Source: an uncultured bacterium (GTDB lineage: Bacteria; Omnitrophota; Gorgyraeia; Duberdicusellales; CBEUCJ01). Taken from it: a stretch of 64,000 nt of DNA. Shown here in pieces: positions 1 to 10,004 of the stretch. The stretch lies in assembly GCA_965541615.1 (NCBI GenBank), contig CBEUCJ010000005.1:110251-174250 (forward strand). The letters run 5' to 3'. Within the stretch, counting starts at the first letter, position 1, and each line of letters begins with the position of its first letter. A model generated the notes under the pieces. The model saw nothing but the letters and a program-made list of their open reading frames with translations, was not told the origin of the DNA and ran no database searches. The position numbers were made by a program, and so were the translations under genes.

Positions 1-537
1 AAATTTTCTGGCTAATTCAAGTTGTATTTTTCTTGATCTTCCTTTTATAGAAAACAACTTTTCTCTATCTATTTTGCCTTCTTTTTCAAAGATGGTAGGG
101 GGTAATAACTTTGCACTTAAAGGTCTTAAGATTAATCCTTTTAGATTCGTTTCTCTTTCTATTAATTCCAAAACATATTTTCTTTGAGACATACTTCTTT
201 GATTGAGCACTTCTCCTGTAACCATAAGATCTGCTTTTTCTCTTTCCATAATCTCTTTTGCTTTTTTAAAAAAATATATTTTGCAATCTATACAGGGGTT
301 TAAATTCTTACCAAAACCATATTTAGGATTCTTTAATATCTGAATGTAATCAGGCAAAACTTCTATTTCTATTAACTTTAAATTTTCTTTTTTTATAAAT
401 TCTTTAATTGGTTTGATGTCTCTCTTTATAAAAGGAGTAATAAACCTCACACAAATAGGTTCTATTCCCAATTCTTTGACTATCTTTACAGCTAAAGCAG
501 AATCTAACCCTCCTGAATATAAACAAATTGCTTTCAT
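1..537 (-). CDS. PP-loop ATPase, ThiI-like tRNA sulfurtransferase family (partial; C-terminus beyond window start)
   Basis: Reverse-complement of 1-537 reads from ATG at ~535-537: MKAICLYSGGLDSALAVKIV... (SGGxDS PP-loop), TGEVLNQRSMSQ (ThiI-like TGExxxQxxSQ), CIDCK. No stop before position 1. Not in the ORF track because it is truncated. Confidence 0.5.
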   Translation of the reverse strand, partial: MKAICLYSGGLDSALAVKIVKELGIEPICVRFITPFIKRDIKPIKEFIKKENLKLIEIEVLPDYIQILKNPKYGFGKNLNPCIDCKIYFFKKAKEIMEREKADLMVTGEVLNQRSMSQRKYVLELIERETNLKGLILRPLSAKLLPPTIFEKEGKIDREKLFSIKGRSRKIQLELARKF

Positions 538-643
538 TTAACTAAAAGATTCTAAAGATTATTATCCTAAATTTGGCTTTCTTCCTTTATTTGCTCTTTT
601 AGACCTCCAAGAAAGTTTTCTTCTTCTTTTTCTCTTAGACATC

Positions 644-1591
644 TTAAAACCTCCTTTTAATTAAAAAAATTTCTTTAAAGAACCCGCAACTCCAAAAAAT
701 ATAACTTAAAAAAGCAAGCAAAAATAATGTAAAATCAAATTTAAAATAGATTAACAAGGAAAATAGAATTATACTACACAAAATTATAAAGAATAAAACA
801 AAATTAAAAATTATGCTTAAAAAGAATAAAATTAAAAAAAATAAAGAAATTAAAGGTGTTATTTGAATCTTCCTAAAAAATCCATACTTTTTAGTTAAGA
901 ATCCAGCTGATCTTCCATACCTATACATCATTTTTAAAAAATCCTTCAAACTCTGTGGACGGTAGTGATAAACTACAGCTTTTGGATTAAAGATAAGTTT
1001 GTAGCCTTTTTTTCTCAATCTGTAATCTAACTCTACATCCTCTCCTGGCCATAAACCTTCTAAAAAACCTCCCTCTTTTAAAAAAACATCTCTTTTATAC
1101 ATCACATTGCAAGAAGGATTATGATGGGTCTCAATTAACTTTTTGTGAGTCCCTTTTTTTATATAATCTGTGATAAAACTTACCTTCTTCATAAACAAAA
1201 ATACTTTTTTCTCAAAAGGTGTAGCATCTTCTGGAATTTCTTGCCTTCCACCACAACCTACAACTTCAGGAAAACTCTCTATACCTTTAAGAAGTTCCTT
1301 AAGCCAATCTTTTGAGACTATGCAATCAGAATCTGTAAAGGCTAAAAATTCTGCACAAGTATTCTTGGCAGCTAAGTTTCTTGCAAAAGAAGGACCTCTT
1401 CCATAAGATCTTAAAATCTTTATTCTATTTTCAATTCTTTTTAAAAAATCATCATCTAAGAGATCTTTGCCATCATTTACTAAAATTACTTCAAAATCAG
1501 GATAATCTAGATTTAAAATACTTTCTATACATTTCTTAAATTTAAAAGAGACTTTTTTAAAAGGTACTATCACACAAATCTTTTTCTTCAT
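644..1591 (-). CDS. family 2 glycosyltransferase (GT-A) with C-terminal transmembrane helices
   Basis: ORF-track protein has the GT2 nucleotide-sugar binding region (VILVNDG, FTDSDC DxD-type motif) and a hydrophobic tail with about 4 TM segments. Confidence 0.65.
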   Translation of the reverse strand: MKKKICVIVPFKKVSFKFKKCIESILNLDYPDFEVILVNDGKDLLDDDFLKRIENRIKILRSYGRGPSFARNLAAKNTCAEFLAFTDSDCIVSKDWLKELLKGIESFPEVVGCGGRQEIPEDATPFEKKVFLFMKKVSFITDYIKKGTHKKLIETHHNPSCNVMYKRDVFLKEGGFLEGLWPGEDVELDYRLRKKGYKLIFNPKAVVYHYRPQSLKDFLKMMYRYGRSAGFLTKKYGFFRKIQITPLISLFFLILFFLSIIFNFVLFFIILCSIILFSLLIYFKFDFTLFLLAFLSYIFWSCGFFKEIFLIKRRF

Positions 1592-1608
1592 ATCTAAAAA
1601 AAGGTTTG

Positions 1609-2775
1609 TTAATTACGAGTATCATTTTCCATTATAAGAAAACTTATGAAAAAAGAAGAAAATATCATCTGTAAACCTAAGACCATAAGAGTTAAAGCTA
1701 GTATTGCTTCTCTTACTCTATAGAGAGGACCAAAAAGATTTTTCCACCATTCTAAAAATATAAAAAGATTTATTAAAAATCCTATTATAAAGAATAAACT
1801 TCCTAAAAAAACTCCAAATTCTACTTTAAACTTACGCATTAAAAAAAGAGTGAACCTATCATGAGATAAATACCCTTCTCTTACTCCAAAGAGTTTAGCA
1901 TAAATCCCTAAATTAAGGACTTGAAATCCTAAAAGACTTATTAAACTTCCTAAGACCATCATATGTATATCCCATTTATGTCCTAAAAAAAGGAAAGGAC
2001 CCCTTACTAAAATAAAGAGAATTATTAACCCTAAAAGAGTAAAAAATATTCCAGGAAAAATGTAAAGTTGAGTGGGAGAGAATAAAAACATAAATCTAAA
2101 GTATCTCCATGCATCTCTAAAGGGTCTGAGTTTGGATTTTCCTTTCCTTGGATAATAATTTATAGGGATTTCTGCTATCTTCATATTTTTCTGTAATGCT
2201 GAAAGTATCATCTCAATACCAAATTCCATTCCTAAGCATTTTAAATTCATTTTTTCAAAAGCAGATTTAGTAAAAGCTCTCATTCCACACAAAACATCTG
2301 AAAGTTGAGTTCCAAAGAGTTTTTTAAATACCCAAGTAATTATTGGATTTCCTATAAAACGGTGTGAAAAAGGCATAGCTTTTTTAAAAATCTTTCCTTT
2401 AAATCTTGAACCCATAACCAGATCATAACCTTCTTTTAAAAGTTGAATAAATTTAGGAATTTCATAAAAATCATAAGTATCATCTGCATCTCCTATAATA
2501 ATGTACTTTCCTCTTGCTTGTTTTATTCCTTTTAAGTAAGCTGCTCCATAACCTCTAACAGGCTGCAAAACGACTTTAGCACCTAAATTTTTGGCAATCT
2601 CAACAGAGTTATCAGTAGAACCATTATCAGCTACTATGATCTCTCCTTTCAAATTCTCTTTAGAAAAAACATCTTTAATTTTTTTAATACAACTAGCTAT
2701 ACCCTCTTCTTCATTCAAACAAGGCAGAACTACTGAGACTTCTATTTCATTCAAAGTATCTTGTGTCATTTCCAC
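1609..2775 (-). CDS. polyprenol-phosphate glycosyltransferase, GT2 (DPM1/ArnC/GtrB-like)
   Basis: VVLPCLNEE...IIVADNGSTDNS...GDADDTYD motifs typical of Dol-P/Und-P sugar synthases, with C-terminal TM helices. Start overlaps the upstream OST gene by ~10 nt. Confidence 0.65.
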   Translation of the reverse strand: MEMTQDTLNEIEVSVVLPCLNEEEGIASCIKKIKDVFSKENLKGEIIVADNGSTDNSVEIAKNLGAKVVLQPVRGYGAAYLKGIKQARGKYIIIGDADDTYDFYEIPKFIQLLKEGYDLVMGSRFKGKIFKKAMPFSHRFIGNPIITWVFKKLFGTQLSDVLCGMRAFTKSAFEKMNLKCLGMEFGIEMILSALQKNMKIAEIPINYYPRKGKSKLRPFRDAWRYFRFMFLFSPTQLYIFPGIFFTLLGLIILFILVRGPFLFLGHKWDIHMMVLGSLISLLGFQVLNLGIYAKLFGVREGYLSHDRFTLFLMRKFKVEFGVFLGSLFFIIGFLINLFIFLEWWKNLFGPLYRVREAILALTLMVLGLQMIFSSFFISFLIMENDTRN

Positions 2776-5282
2776 TTTATTTTAAATATATAAATTCCAT
2801 TCTTATCATCTAAATAAAACGGCTCAAAATATTTAAGTCCTTCTCCTTTTAAAAAATACAATCTAACTAAAAGAGATTTTCCCAATTCTTCATCTAAAAA
2901 TATAGATTTATATTCATTTTCTTTTAAAATTATTAAAGCTGAAATAAAAGAATCTGAATCTTTAAATTCTATCTTTTTAAACTTACCATCTTTAAAAACA
3001 AATATACTCTTTAAAGTCTTATACTCACCTATTTGAGGCGAAAAAAAGATAGCATAATCTGAATTTAAGTTATAAACTAAACCATTGTCAAAATAAACTA
3101 AATCATCCTTTCTTTCTCCTTTACTTAAAGAAGAGTAAAATCTATTTCTATGAGATAAACTCTCATAAAAATCTTTGCTACCAACTATAAGTGCCATCTC
3201 TTCAAATAAAATTTCAGCTTCTTTTTCTTTTAATTTAAATATCTCTTTTAATCCTTTTAAAATTTCTTCTCTTTTTTTATGAGCAGATATACTCTTTTCA
3301 ATATACACTTTTCTAAAATCCCAATTTCCTAAAAAAGATATAGATGGAATTTTAGAAATCATGCTCTTATCTACTATAAAGTAAGCAGGTTGAGGGACTT
3401 CAAACAAGATTTTTAAAACTTTCTCAGTTACATGAAAAGGAATTTGAGCTTTTTCTAACATATATTTTGCTTTTTCTCTATCAGAATTTAATAACTCTTT
3501 TAAAAAAATTATACATTCAAAAGGATTTTTTATATATCTGTTTAAGATAAAAAATAATCTATCAGAAGAATTGTTCATCATTCTTAATATTCTTAAAGCC
3601 TTTTCTTCATTATTACTTAATAAAACCTGTGCCATCCAGTAAGCAAGGGGTCTATTCTGAGTCTGTCCATCAAATATTACTCTTCTTTTTCCTATCGTTT
3701 TAAAAAAATTTCCATAATCCCACCAAGAGTTAATTATAGAATGAGGAGGTGTGTGATCTTTAACATAATTTAAGGCTTTATACCAACCATCATTCATCGT
3801 AGGATATAAAGAAAACATATCTTTAAATGCGTATTTTAAAAACTTAAATCCTGCATATAAGAGAAACAAAGAAAAGCAAACTCCAAGCCAATTTTTCTTT
3901 AAATCTTTAAAATAATTAACATTTATAATTTGAGAAGATATTTCTCCTACAAAGACTCCAAAGAAGATACCTAAAGGTATGCTTAGAAAACCTACAAATC
4001 TTATCGCTTTATAAGAAGCAGGTATCATAAACATCATCCATAAAATCATCATGCATACAATATCTTTCTTTTCTGATCTTCTCTCTTTAATGAATAAATA
4101 AAGTGCTATAAATAAAGAAAAAATACAGATAAATTTTCCATATAGAGCTTTTGCTATTTCTTGAGATGAAGCTTTTTTGAGTTCTGCGACTGTATAGTAA
4201 ACATTAGGCCAAATTGAAATTTTGAGAGGGGTGCCTAAATTTAGGTTCTCTTTTATTTTAAAGAAAATATCTGTAAATATATTTATATGGTAAAGAATAT
4301 AGCAAAACACAAAACTTCCTATTAAAAATATTCCAAAAGAAATAAGATATTTTTTTACCTCTTCAGAAAGTCTTTTGTTAATTAAATAAAAATTTATTAT
4401 ACTGTAAAAATAAAATCCAACTATTACTACAAATATCCACCAGTATCCTAACCGCCAGCTACTCAAAATTCCAAAGGTAAGAGAAGCAAGAACTGGATAT
4501 AAAACAAACTTTATTCTTTTTGCATTTTTTTTGAAAGAAAAATATAAAAGGAAAACGATTATCAAAGGTAAAGTCATAAGCATTGTATCATAATCAAACC
4601 ATCCTACACAGCTCCTTTTTAAAATAAAACCATTCAGCCCTATAAAAAGTGTACCAAAGAAAGCTCCTAAATCATTTGAGAGTTCTTTAATACCTAAATA
4701 CACTATAGTTAAAAATATAAAAGAATAAAACAAAGGTAACCAAAAAATAAATTTATATAAAGATATCTTTTTGAAGAAATTAAAAATTTTGTATAAGTAA
4801 GCTGAAGGATAAAAGAAAAAATCAGTTACTGGTTCAGAAACCAATCCTAAAGGTGCAAGTAAATATTCATAATAGATTAGTCTTCCTATTCTTTTTTTTC
4901 CTGGACATCTATTCTTTAAAATATTTTCCACACGACGTAACCATTCATATGAATCTGCACCTAAAAGATATGTTTGACCATTTTCATCTTGAAAGTAATC
5001 TTTTAATACTCTATATCTTTTTTTAACCATCTCTCTAAGTTCTTTAGCACCTTCTTTTTTCATTCTTTTTACAGCCATTTTAATTAATTCTTTCTTAACT
5101 AAAGGACTAAACTGAGAATAGTTTTTCTCTATTAACTTATATACATTTTGCAAAAAATTTTTTTCTAATTCTTTTTTTGCTCTATTTTTGAGTTGAGGGA
5201 GCTGAGCAGGAATTATTCTAAAATAAAGATTTATCCCTATACATGAAATAAAAAGAGATAGAGTTATTATCCTTTTTTTCAT
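2766..5282 (-). CDS. oligosaccharyltransferase, STT3/AglB/PglB family (GT-C)
   Basis: 838 aa. About 13 N-terminal TM helices followed by a soluble C-terminal domain containing the hallmark WWDYG motif (WWDYGNFFKTIG). Confidence 0.75.
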   Translation of the reverse strand: MKKRIITLSLFISCIGINLYFRIIPAQLPQLKNRAKKELEKNFLQNVYKLIEKNYSQFSPLVKKELIKMAVKRMKKEGAKELREMVKKRYRVLKDYFQDENGQTYLLGADSYEWLRRVENILKNRCPGKKRIGRLIYYEYLLAPLGLVSEPVTDFFFYPSAYLYKIFNFFKKISLYKFIFWLPLFYSFIFLTIVYLGIKELSNDLGAFFGTLFIGLNGFILKRSCVGWFDYDTMLMTLPLIIVFLLYFSFKKNAKRIKFVLYPVLASLTFGILSSWRLGYWWIFVVIVGFYFYSIINFYLINKRLSEEVKKYLISFGIFLIGSFVFCYILYHINIFTDIFFKIKENLNLGTPLKISIWPNVYYTVAELKKASSQEIAKALYGKFICIFSLFIALYLFIKERRSEKKDIVCMMILWMMFMIPASYKAIRFVGFLSIPLGIFFGVFVGEISSQIINVNYFKDLKKNWLGVCFSLFLLYAGFKFLKYAFKDMFSLYPTMNDGWYKALNYVKDHTPPHSIINSWWDYGNFFKTIGKRRVIFDGQTQNRPLAYWMAQVLLSNNEEKALRILRMMNNSSDRLFFILNRYIKNPFECIIFLKELLNSDREKAKYMLEKAQIPFHVTEKVLKILFEVPQPAYFIVDKSMISKIPSISFLGNWDFRKVYIEKSISAHKKREEILKGLKEIFKLKEKEAEILFEEMALIVGSKDFYESLSHRNRFYSSLSKGERKDDLVYFDNGLVYNLNSDYAIFFSPQIGEYKTLKSIFVFKDGKFKKIEFKDSDSFISALIILKENEYKSIFLDEELGKSLLVRLYFLKGEGLKYFEPFYLDDKNGIYIFKIKWK

Positions 5283-5371
5283 AATTTCTAAATTATAACA
5301 TTTTTCTCCACTTGTATGAAAAAGAATTTGATGGTATGATTATTTAATTTAATAAAAAGGAGGTGTTAAAA

Positions 5372-5989
5372 ATGAAAGATGAAATGGACATATTAAAAGA
5401 GATTGGTAACATAGCTGCAGCTCATGGTAGCATTGCTCTATCAGAAATATTAGGAAGAAAGATCGTTCTAAATGTGCCTGTAGTAAGAGTTGTATCTTGT
5501 AAAGAAATAGAAGAGACTGTTCACATAAAAGGAATGAGTATTGCTCTGCAGAATAAAATTTTAAGTGGTTTAAAAGGTAAAGTTATTTTTGTTTTAGAAG
5601 AAAAAAGTGCTTATAGATTTATAGATATATGTTATAAATTTGATAAGGAAATTAAAAAGGGAAGTATATTTACTGAAATTGGTATGTCTTTAATAAAAGA
5701 AATAGGTGGAGTTGTAATTTCTACTTACATTAATGCTTTAGGATACTATTTAAGGAAAATAATCGTGCCTTCATTACCTGTTTTAATCAATGCTCCTTTT
5801 TTTGAGATAATAAAAATTATTACTTCTGATTATAAAGCTTTAGATTCTCTAGTAGTAATTGAAAGTAATTTTGAAGAAGTTAAAGAAAAGATTAAAGGTG
5901 ATTTTTGGCTATTACTCACTCCTGAAGCAGCACAAGATATAACTTCTTCTTGCAAAAAACTCCTTGAAAGTTTTGAAAAAAAATTATGA
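5372..5989 (+). CDS. cheC: CheC-family chemotaxis phosphatase
   Basis: DILKEIGNIAAAHGSIALSEIL matches the CheC/CheX/FliY signature. AGGAGG at 5358-5363 sits 8 nt before ATG 5372. The track's GTG at 5363 overlaps the RBS and was not used. Confidence 0.7.
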   Translation: MKDEMDILKEIGNIAAAHGSIALSEILGRKIVLNVPVVRVVSCKEIEETVHIKGMSIALQNKILSGLKGKVIFVLEEKSAYRFIDICYKFDKEIKKGSIFTEIGMSLIKEIGGVVISTYINALGYYLRKIIVPSLPVLINAPFFEIIKIITSDYKALDSLVVIESNFEEVKEKIKGDFWLLLTPEAAQDITSSCKKLLESFEKKL

Positions 5990-6277
5990 AACAAGAGGAA
6001 GAGTACTTACCTTTTCAAATCTTACTGCTATCTCCCATTTATTAGGGTCTTTTTGTTGAGTGCGAATGACTCTACCTTTTACAAAGAAAGGGTTTAATTG
6101 AGAGAGAACTTTAAATTCACCATATATTAAACTGCCTATCTCTAAAGGCTGATCAGAAAAAAATCTCATACCACCTGCACTAACATCTAAAAGACTAACT
6201 TCATTCTTTACACCTTCATAAGAGATAGTAGCTTTATTTTGAGTATACCACCTGTTAAACTTCCTTTTCTCTTCCAT
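5984..6277 (-). CDS. PilZ-domain c-di-GMP binding protein
   Basis: 97 aa. RKFNRW (RxxxR) and DVSAGGMRF (DxSxxG) PilZ motifs. Convergent with cheC, 6-nt tail overlap. Confidence 0.7.
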   Translation of the reverse strand: MEEKRKFNRWYTQNKATISYEGVKNEVSLLDVSAGGMRFFSDQPLEIGSLIYGEFKVLSQLNPFFVKGRVIRTQQKDPNKWEIAVRFEKVSTLPLVS

Positions 6278-6293
6278 AATAACACCTCCTTTT

Positions 6294-6911
6294 TTATTCT
6301 TTTACTCCCAACTTTTCAAGTAACTTTACTAAAGACTCCATTTCAGGAAAGAATAAAATTAATCCCTGAAAATCTATACCTTCAATTTCTAATTGAGTCT
6401 TTATGAATATAACTTCTTCTGCATATTGAGCTACTTGTATAAAGAAGAAATCTAAGAGTGCTCCTACCATATCTATTGCTAAAGATGGAGGATTATATAA
6501 AAATACCAAATTTGTCATCTCTGAAAGAACATTAAAGTATGCAGCTGTAAGGATGTTTGTAATTTCTTTTAATGAAGATTGAAAAAGGGAGTCTCTTATG
6601 TCTATTTCTTCAGGTTTTTTATTTAATAATGAAGCTCCTAAGACTTTAGCTTGATTAGGAGGTAAAAGAAAAAACCATCTTCCTTTAATCTCACCTTCCA
6701 TATTAACATCTAAAACAAAAAAGAGGTCATCTGGTTTTCCTAAAACTTTATTGAGTAGTTCTAAAGGGAATATTTTTACTTCAGGCACATTAATCTCTAC
6801 CTTGCAATTTAACATTTCAGCTAAAGCAGTAGCTGCTCTTCCTGCACTGATTGTACCTATCTCTTTTAAAGCATCTAAATGGACAAGAGAGATTTTCTTT
6901 TTTTCATTCAT
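6294..6911 (-). CDS. cheC: CheC-family chemotaxis phosphatase
   Basis: DALKEIGTISAGRAATALAEML CheC signature. Overlaps cheB stop/start (6904-6911). Confidence 0.7.
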   Translation of the reverse strand: MNEKKKISLVHLDALKEIGTISAGRAATALAEMLNCKVEINVPEVKIFPLELLNKVLGKPDDLFFVLDVNMEGEIKGRWFFLLPPNQAKVLGASLLNKKPEEIDIRDSLFQSSLKEITNILTAAYFNVLSEMTNLVFLYNPPSLAIDMVGALLDFFFIQVAQYAEEVIFIKTQLEIEGIDFQGLILFFPEMESLVKLLEKLGVKE

Positions 6912-7947
6912 TTTGAATCTCCTCTATTATCTTTTTAGGAATCTCTTTTAAAGGTAAGATTTTGTCTGCTAAACCAGCTTCAGCTACCATTTTTGGCATT
7001 CCATAAATTATAGAAGTCTTTTCATCTTGAGCAATTATTTTCCCTCCTCTTTCTTTTATCTTTTTGGCTCCTTCTAAACCATCCTTTCCCATACCAGTAA
7101 GTATAACACCTATGATCTTACCATTAAAATTTTCAGCTGCAGAACTCATAGTAATATCTATAGCAGGTCTTACATAATTTACCAAAGGAGTTTGATCTAA
7201 TCTTATGCAATATTTTTCATCTTCTTCACATATCTTTTCTATTAACATATGATATCCACTTGGAGCTACATAAGCTGTTCTGTTTGTAAGTAAATCACCG
7301 TCTTCAGCTTCCTTTGATCTAATCTGAGAATGCCATGAGATCCTTTCAGCAAAACTTCTTGTGAATCCAGAGGGCATGTGTTGAACTATTAAAAAACTAG
7401 CATCTATATCAAAAGGTATTTCTTTCATTATCTCTAATATCGCTTTAGGGCCACCTGTAGAAGCTCCAATTATTACTAAATTTTTTATCTCCAAAGCCTC
7501 TTTTGCAGGTGTAATTTCTTTTATTATTTCTTTAGATCTTTCTATATCTATTGTAGCTACAAATTTAATTTTAGTAATTATTTCCTCTTTAAATTTGTGA
7601 AGATCTAAAGAGACTTCTCCTGAAGGCTTTGGAATAAACTCTAAAGCACCTAACTCTAAAGCTTTAATTGTGATGTCAGCTCCTTTTTGAGTATAAACTG
7701 AGAGCATAACTACTCTGGTAGGAAATAATTTCATTAATCTTTTAAGGACTTCTAATCCATTAATGTCTGGTAGATTTACATCTAAAGTGACTACATCTGG
7801 TTTTAACTGAGGGATAAGTTCTAAAGCTTTTTCTCCTAAAATACTCTTTCCTATAACTTCAATCTCTGGGTCACTCGATAAAATATCTGAAATAATCTTT
7901 TGCATTAAAATAGAATCTTCAACTATAAAGACTTTTATTTTCTTCAC
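6904..7947 (-). CDS. cheB: chemotaxis response regulator protein-glutamate methylesterase CheB
   Basis: N-terminal receiver domain (KVFIVEDS...TLDVNLP) plus C-terminal methylesterase (GASTGGP, HMPSGFT). Confidence 0.85.
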   Translation of the reverse strand: MKKIKVFIVEDSILMQKIISDILSSDPEIEVIGKSILGEKALELIPQLKPDVVTLDVNLPDINGLEVLKRLMKLFPTRVVMLSVYTQKGADITIKALELGALEFIPKPSGEVSLDLHKFKEEIITKIKFVATIDIERSKEIIKEITPAKEALEIKNLVIIGASTGGPKAILEIMKEIPFDIDASFLIVQHMPSGFTRSFAERISWHSQIRSKEAEDGDLLTNRTAYVAPSGYHMLIEKICEEDEKYCIRLDQTPLVNYVRPAIDITMSSAAENFNGKIIGVILTGMGKDGLEGAKKIKERGGKIIAQDEKTSIIYGMPKMVAEAGLADKILPLKEIPKKIIEEIQNE

Positions 7948-8441
7948 AATTCTCTCTCTCCTTGAAAAATAGTCCTAACCTTTACTTTTCCACTATCTAA
8001 ATCAAAGAATATAGTCCTTCCAAAGTTACCTCCTACATCTTCTGCTATAATTTTTATACCAAAAGAATTTAATACCTCTCTTGCCATACTTATATTCCTT
8101 GCTCCTATATTGAGAGGGCTTTCAGGTGGTATTGAAGCGAACATATGCGCACCACCAAAGATTTTTGCTGTAAGATTTTTAATTAAACTTCCTCTCTTCT
8201 TAAACTCTTCTAACATTAAAGAAATACTGCTATCTACAAATTTAAAAGGATTACTTTTAAACCTAGCATTTTTAATACTCGGTAACATTGGATGAGCTAA
8301 AGCTCCAATTTTCTTAAAACTATCATAGAGTACTATTCCTACACATGAACCCAAACCTCTGGTAACCAAAATATTTGGAGCTTCAGATATTCTCATCTCT
8401 GCTATCCCGATCTCTATTGTAAGCTTAGAATCTTGTTGCAT
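7944..8441 (-). CDS. cheD: chemoreceptor glutamine deamidase CheD
   Basis: GLGSCVGIVLYD catalytic-Cys motif. 165 aa. Confidence 0.85.
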   Translation of the reverse strand: MQQDSKLTIEIGIAEMRISEAPNILVTRGLGSCVGIVLYDSFKKIGALAHPMLPSIKNARFKSNPFKFVDSSISLMLEEFKKRGSLIKNLTAKIFGGAHMFASIPPESPLNIGARNISMAREVLNSFGIKIIAEDVGGNFGRTIFFDLDSGKVKVRTIFQGEREL

Positions 8442-8443
8442 CT

Positions 8444-8818
8444 TTATTCTCCTAATACTCTTTTAATAGCTTCTACTACTCTGGAAGGCTGAAAAGGTTT
8501 AACGATAAAATCTCTTGCTCCTGCCTGAATTGCTTCTACTACCAAAGCGTGTTGGCCCATAGCTGATACCATTATGATTTTGGCATTGGGGTCTATTTTC
8601 ATAATTTCTCTTACAGCTGCGATTCCATCTATCTCTTCCATCTTAGGCATTACTATATCCATTGTAACTACATCTGGTCTTAATTCTTTATATTTTTCGA
8701 TAGCTTCTTTTCCATTCTCAGCTTCTCCACATATCTCAAAACCTTCTTTTTTTAAAATATCTGCTAGCATCTTTCGCATAAAGAGAGCGTCATCTACTAT
8801 TAATATTCTCGGAGCCAT
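8444..8818 (-). CDS. cheY: chemotaxis response regulator CheY
   Basis: 124-aa single receiver domain (ILIVDDALFMRKML, DVVTMDIVMP, KPF). Confidence 0.85.
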   Translation of the reverse strand: MAPRILIVDDALFMRKMLADILKKEGFEICGEAENGKEAIEKYKELRPDVVTMDIVMPKMEEIDGIAAVREIMKIDPNAKIIMVSAMGQHALVVEAIQAGARDFIVKPFQPSRVVEAIKRVLGE

Positions 8819-8821
8819 AAC

Positions 8822-9658
8822 TCACCTCCCTGTTTTTTTAAATATTTTATTGGTAATATCTACTGGTGTAAACAGCTTTTTTAAAGAAAAATCTATGGTC
8901 TCTACTTTACCTAAAATTAAATATCCATCTTTTTTCAAACTTTTATAAATTTCTAAAAGGATATCTTTGGCTTTTAAAGGATCAAAATAAATCCTTAAAT
9001 TTCTAAAAAATATTACATCCATGTTTCCTAAAGGTCTTTGCGTAAGAATATTATGTTTTTTAAAAATGACCATCTTTTTTATTTCATCTTTAACTCTATA
9101 AAGACTGTCTGAAATTTTTATGAAATAATTTTTTAAAAAATATTCATTTAATCTTTTTAAAGAATTCAAAGTATACTCTCCTTTCTTGGCTATCTCTAAA
9201 GCTTCTTCGTCTATGTCTGTAGCCCAGATACTCAGTATGAAATTATTAATTTTTTCTTTCAGTGTCTCTCTAAAAACAATAGCTAATGAATAAGGTTCTT
9301 CTCCACAACTACAACCACAAGACCAACATCTAATAATTTTTTGTTTTTTTTCTTCTTTTCTTTTAATTAATTCTGGAATGCATATTTTCTGAAATTGGAA
9401 ATAAACTTCTGGATCACGAAAAAATTCTGAAACATTTATGTTAAGATTATCTAAAAAATATCTCCATTCTTGAGGATCTTTTTTTATTAAATAGAAATAT
9501 TCAGTTAAATTTTTTATGTTTCTTTTAGCCATCCTTATCTTAGTCCTTCTTAAAAGAAAACTTTTTCTATAAGAACTTAAATCTACCCCTTTAATTCTTT
9601 TAACAGAATCTAAAAATTTTTTTAACTCTCTTTCAGTTTCTATATCGAGTTTTACCAC
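8822..9658 (-). CDS. cheR: chemotaxis protein methyltransferase CheR
   Basis: CheR N-terminal helical domain plus SAM-MTase core (FFRDPEVYFQF, CWSCGCSCGEEPYSLAI). Confidence 0.85.
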   Translation of the reverse strand: MVKLDIETERELKKFLDSVKRIKGVDLSSYRKSFLLRRTKIRMAKRNIKNLTEYFYLIKKDPQEWRYFLDNLNINVSEFFRDPEVYFQFQKICIPELIKRKEEKKQKIIRCWSCGCSCGEEPYSLAIVFRETLKEKINNFILSIWATDIDEEALEIAKKGEYTLNSLKRLNEYFLKNYFIKISDSLYRVKDEIKKMVIFKKHNILTQRPLGNMDVIFFRNLRIYFDPLKAKDILLEIYKSLKKDGYLILGKVETIDFSLKKLFTPVDITNKIFKKTGR

Positions 9659-9661
9659 AAT

Positions 9662-9925
9662 TTAATGTTGAGGGTTATTTTTAACTATCTCTATAGCTTT
9701 GGTCACTTCTTTAGTCACATCTGCTTTTAATTGTAACTCTAATTCGGATAATTTAGTGTATATTCTTCCCTTTTGAGTGACGACATACTTAGGAGGTAAT
9801 CTATTCAAAGCTAAAGCCATCATGTCTAACTTACATTTCTCACATTTACACACATCTTCTCTTTCAGCAAGGATTTTTTCTAAAATACTTTTAACTATAT
9901 CTTCCATATAGTTATGAAGTTCCAT
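9662..9925 (-). CDS. ComFB-like small protein (Cys-cluster, NRLPPKY motif)
   Basis: 87 aa. CKCEKCKLDMMALALNRLPPKYV resembles the ComFB family. AAGGAGG RBS upstream. Sits inside the che operon. Confidence 0.45.
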   Translation of the reverse strand: MELHNYMEDIVKSILEKILAEREDVCKCEKCKLDMMALALNRLPPKYVVTQKGRIYTKLSELELQLKADVTKEVTKAIEIVKNNPQH

Positions 9926-9965
9926 TTTTCAAACCTCCTTTTTGAAGTCTTAAAAGTAATATTTT

Positions 9966-9994
9966 ATGATACTTTTTATATTTAAATGCGTCAA
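9966..9994 (-). promoter_or_regulatory. candidate internal sigma-70-type promoter (TTGACG-17-TATCAT) in the cheA-comFB gap
   Basis: On the minus strand: TTGACG (rc of 9989-9994), 17-nt spacer, TATCAT (rc of 9966-9971), ~35 nt upstream of the comFB-like ATG. Confidence 0.3.
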
Positions 9995-10004
9995 ATAAAA
10001 AAAT

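Noticed and set aside
5363-5371. GTG start at 5363 for the plus-strand cheC
   Set aside because: The GTG overlaps the AGGAGG RBS itself. ATG at 5372 has canonical 8-nt spacing.
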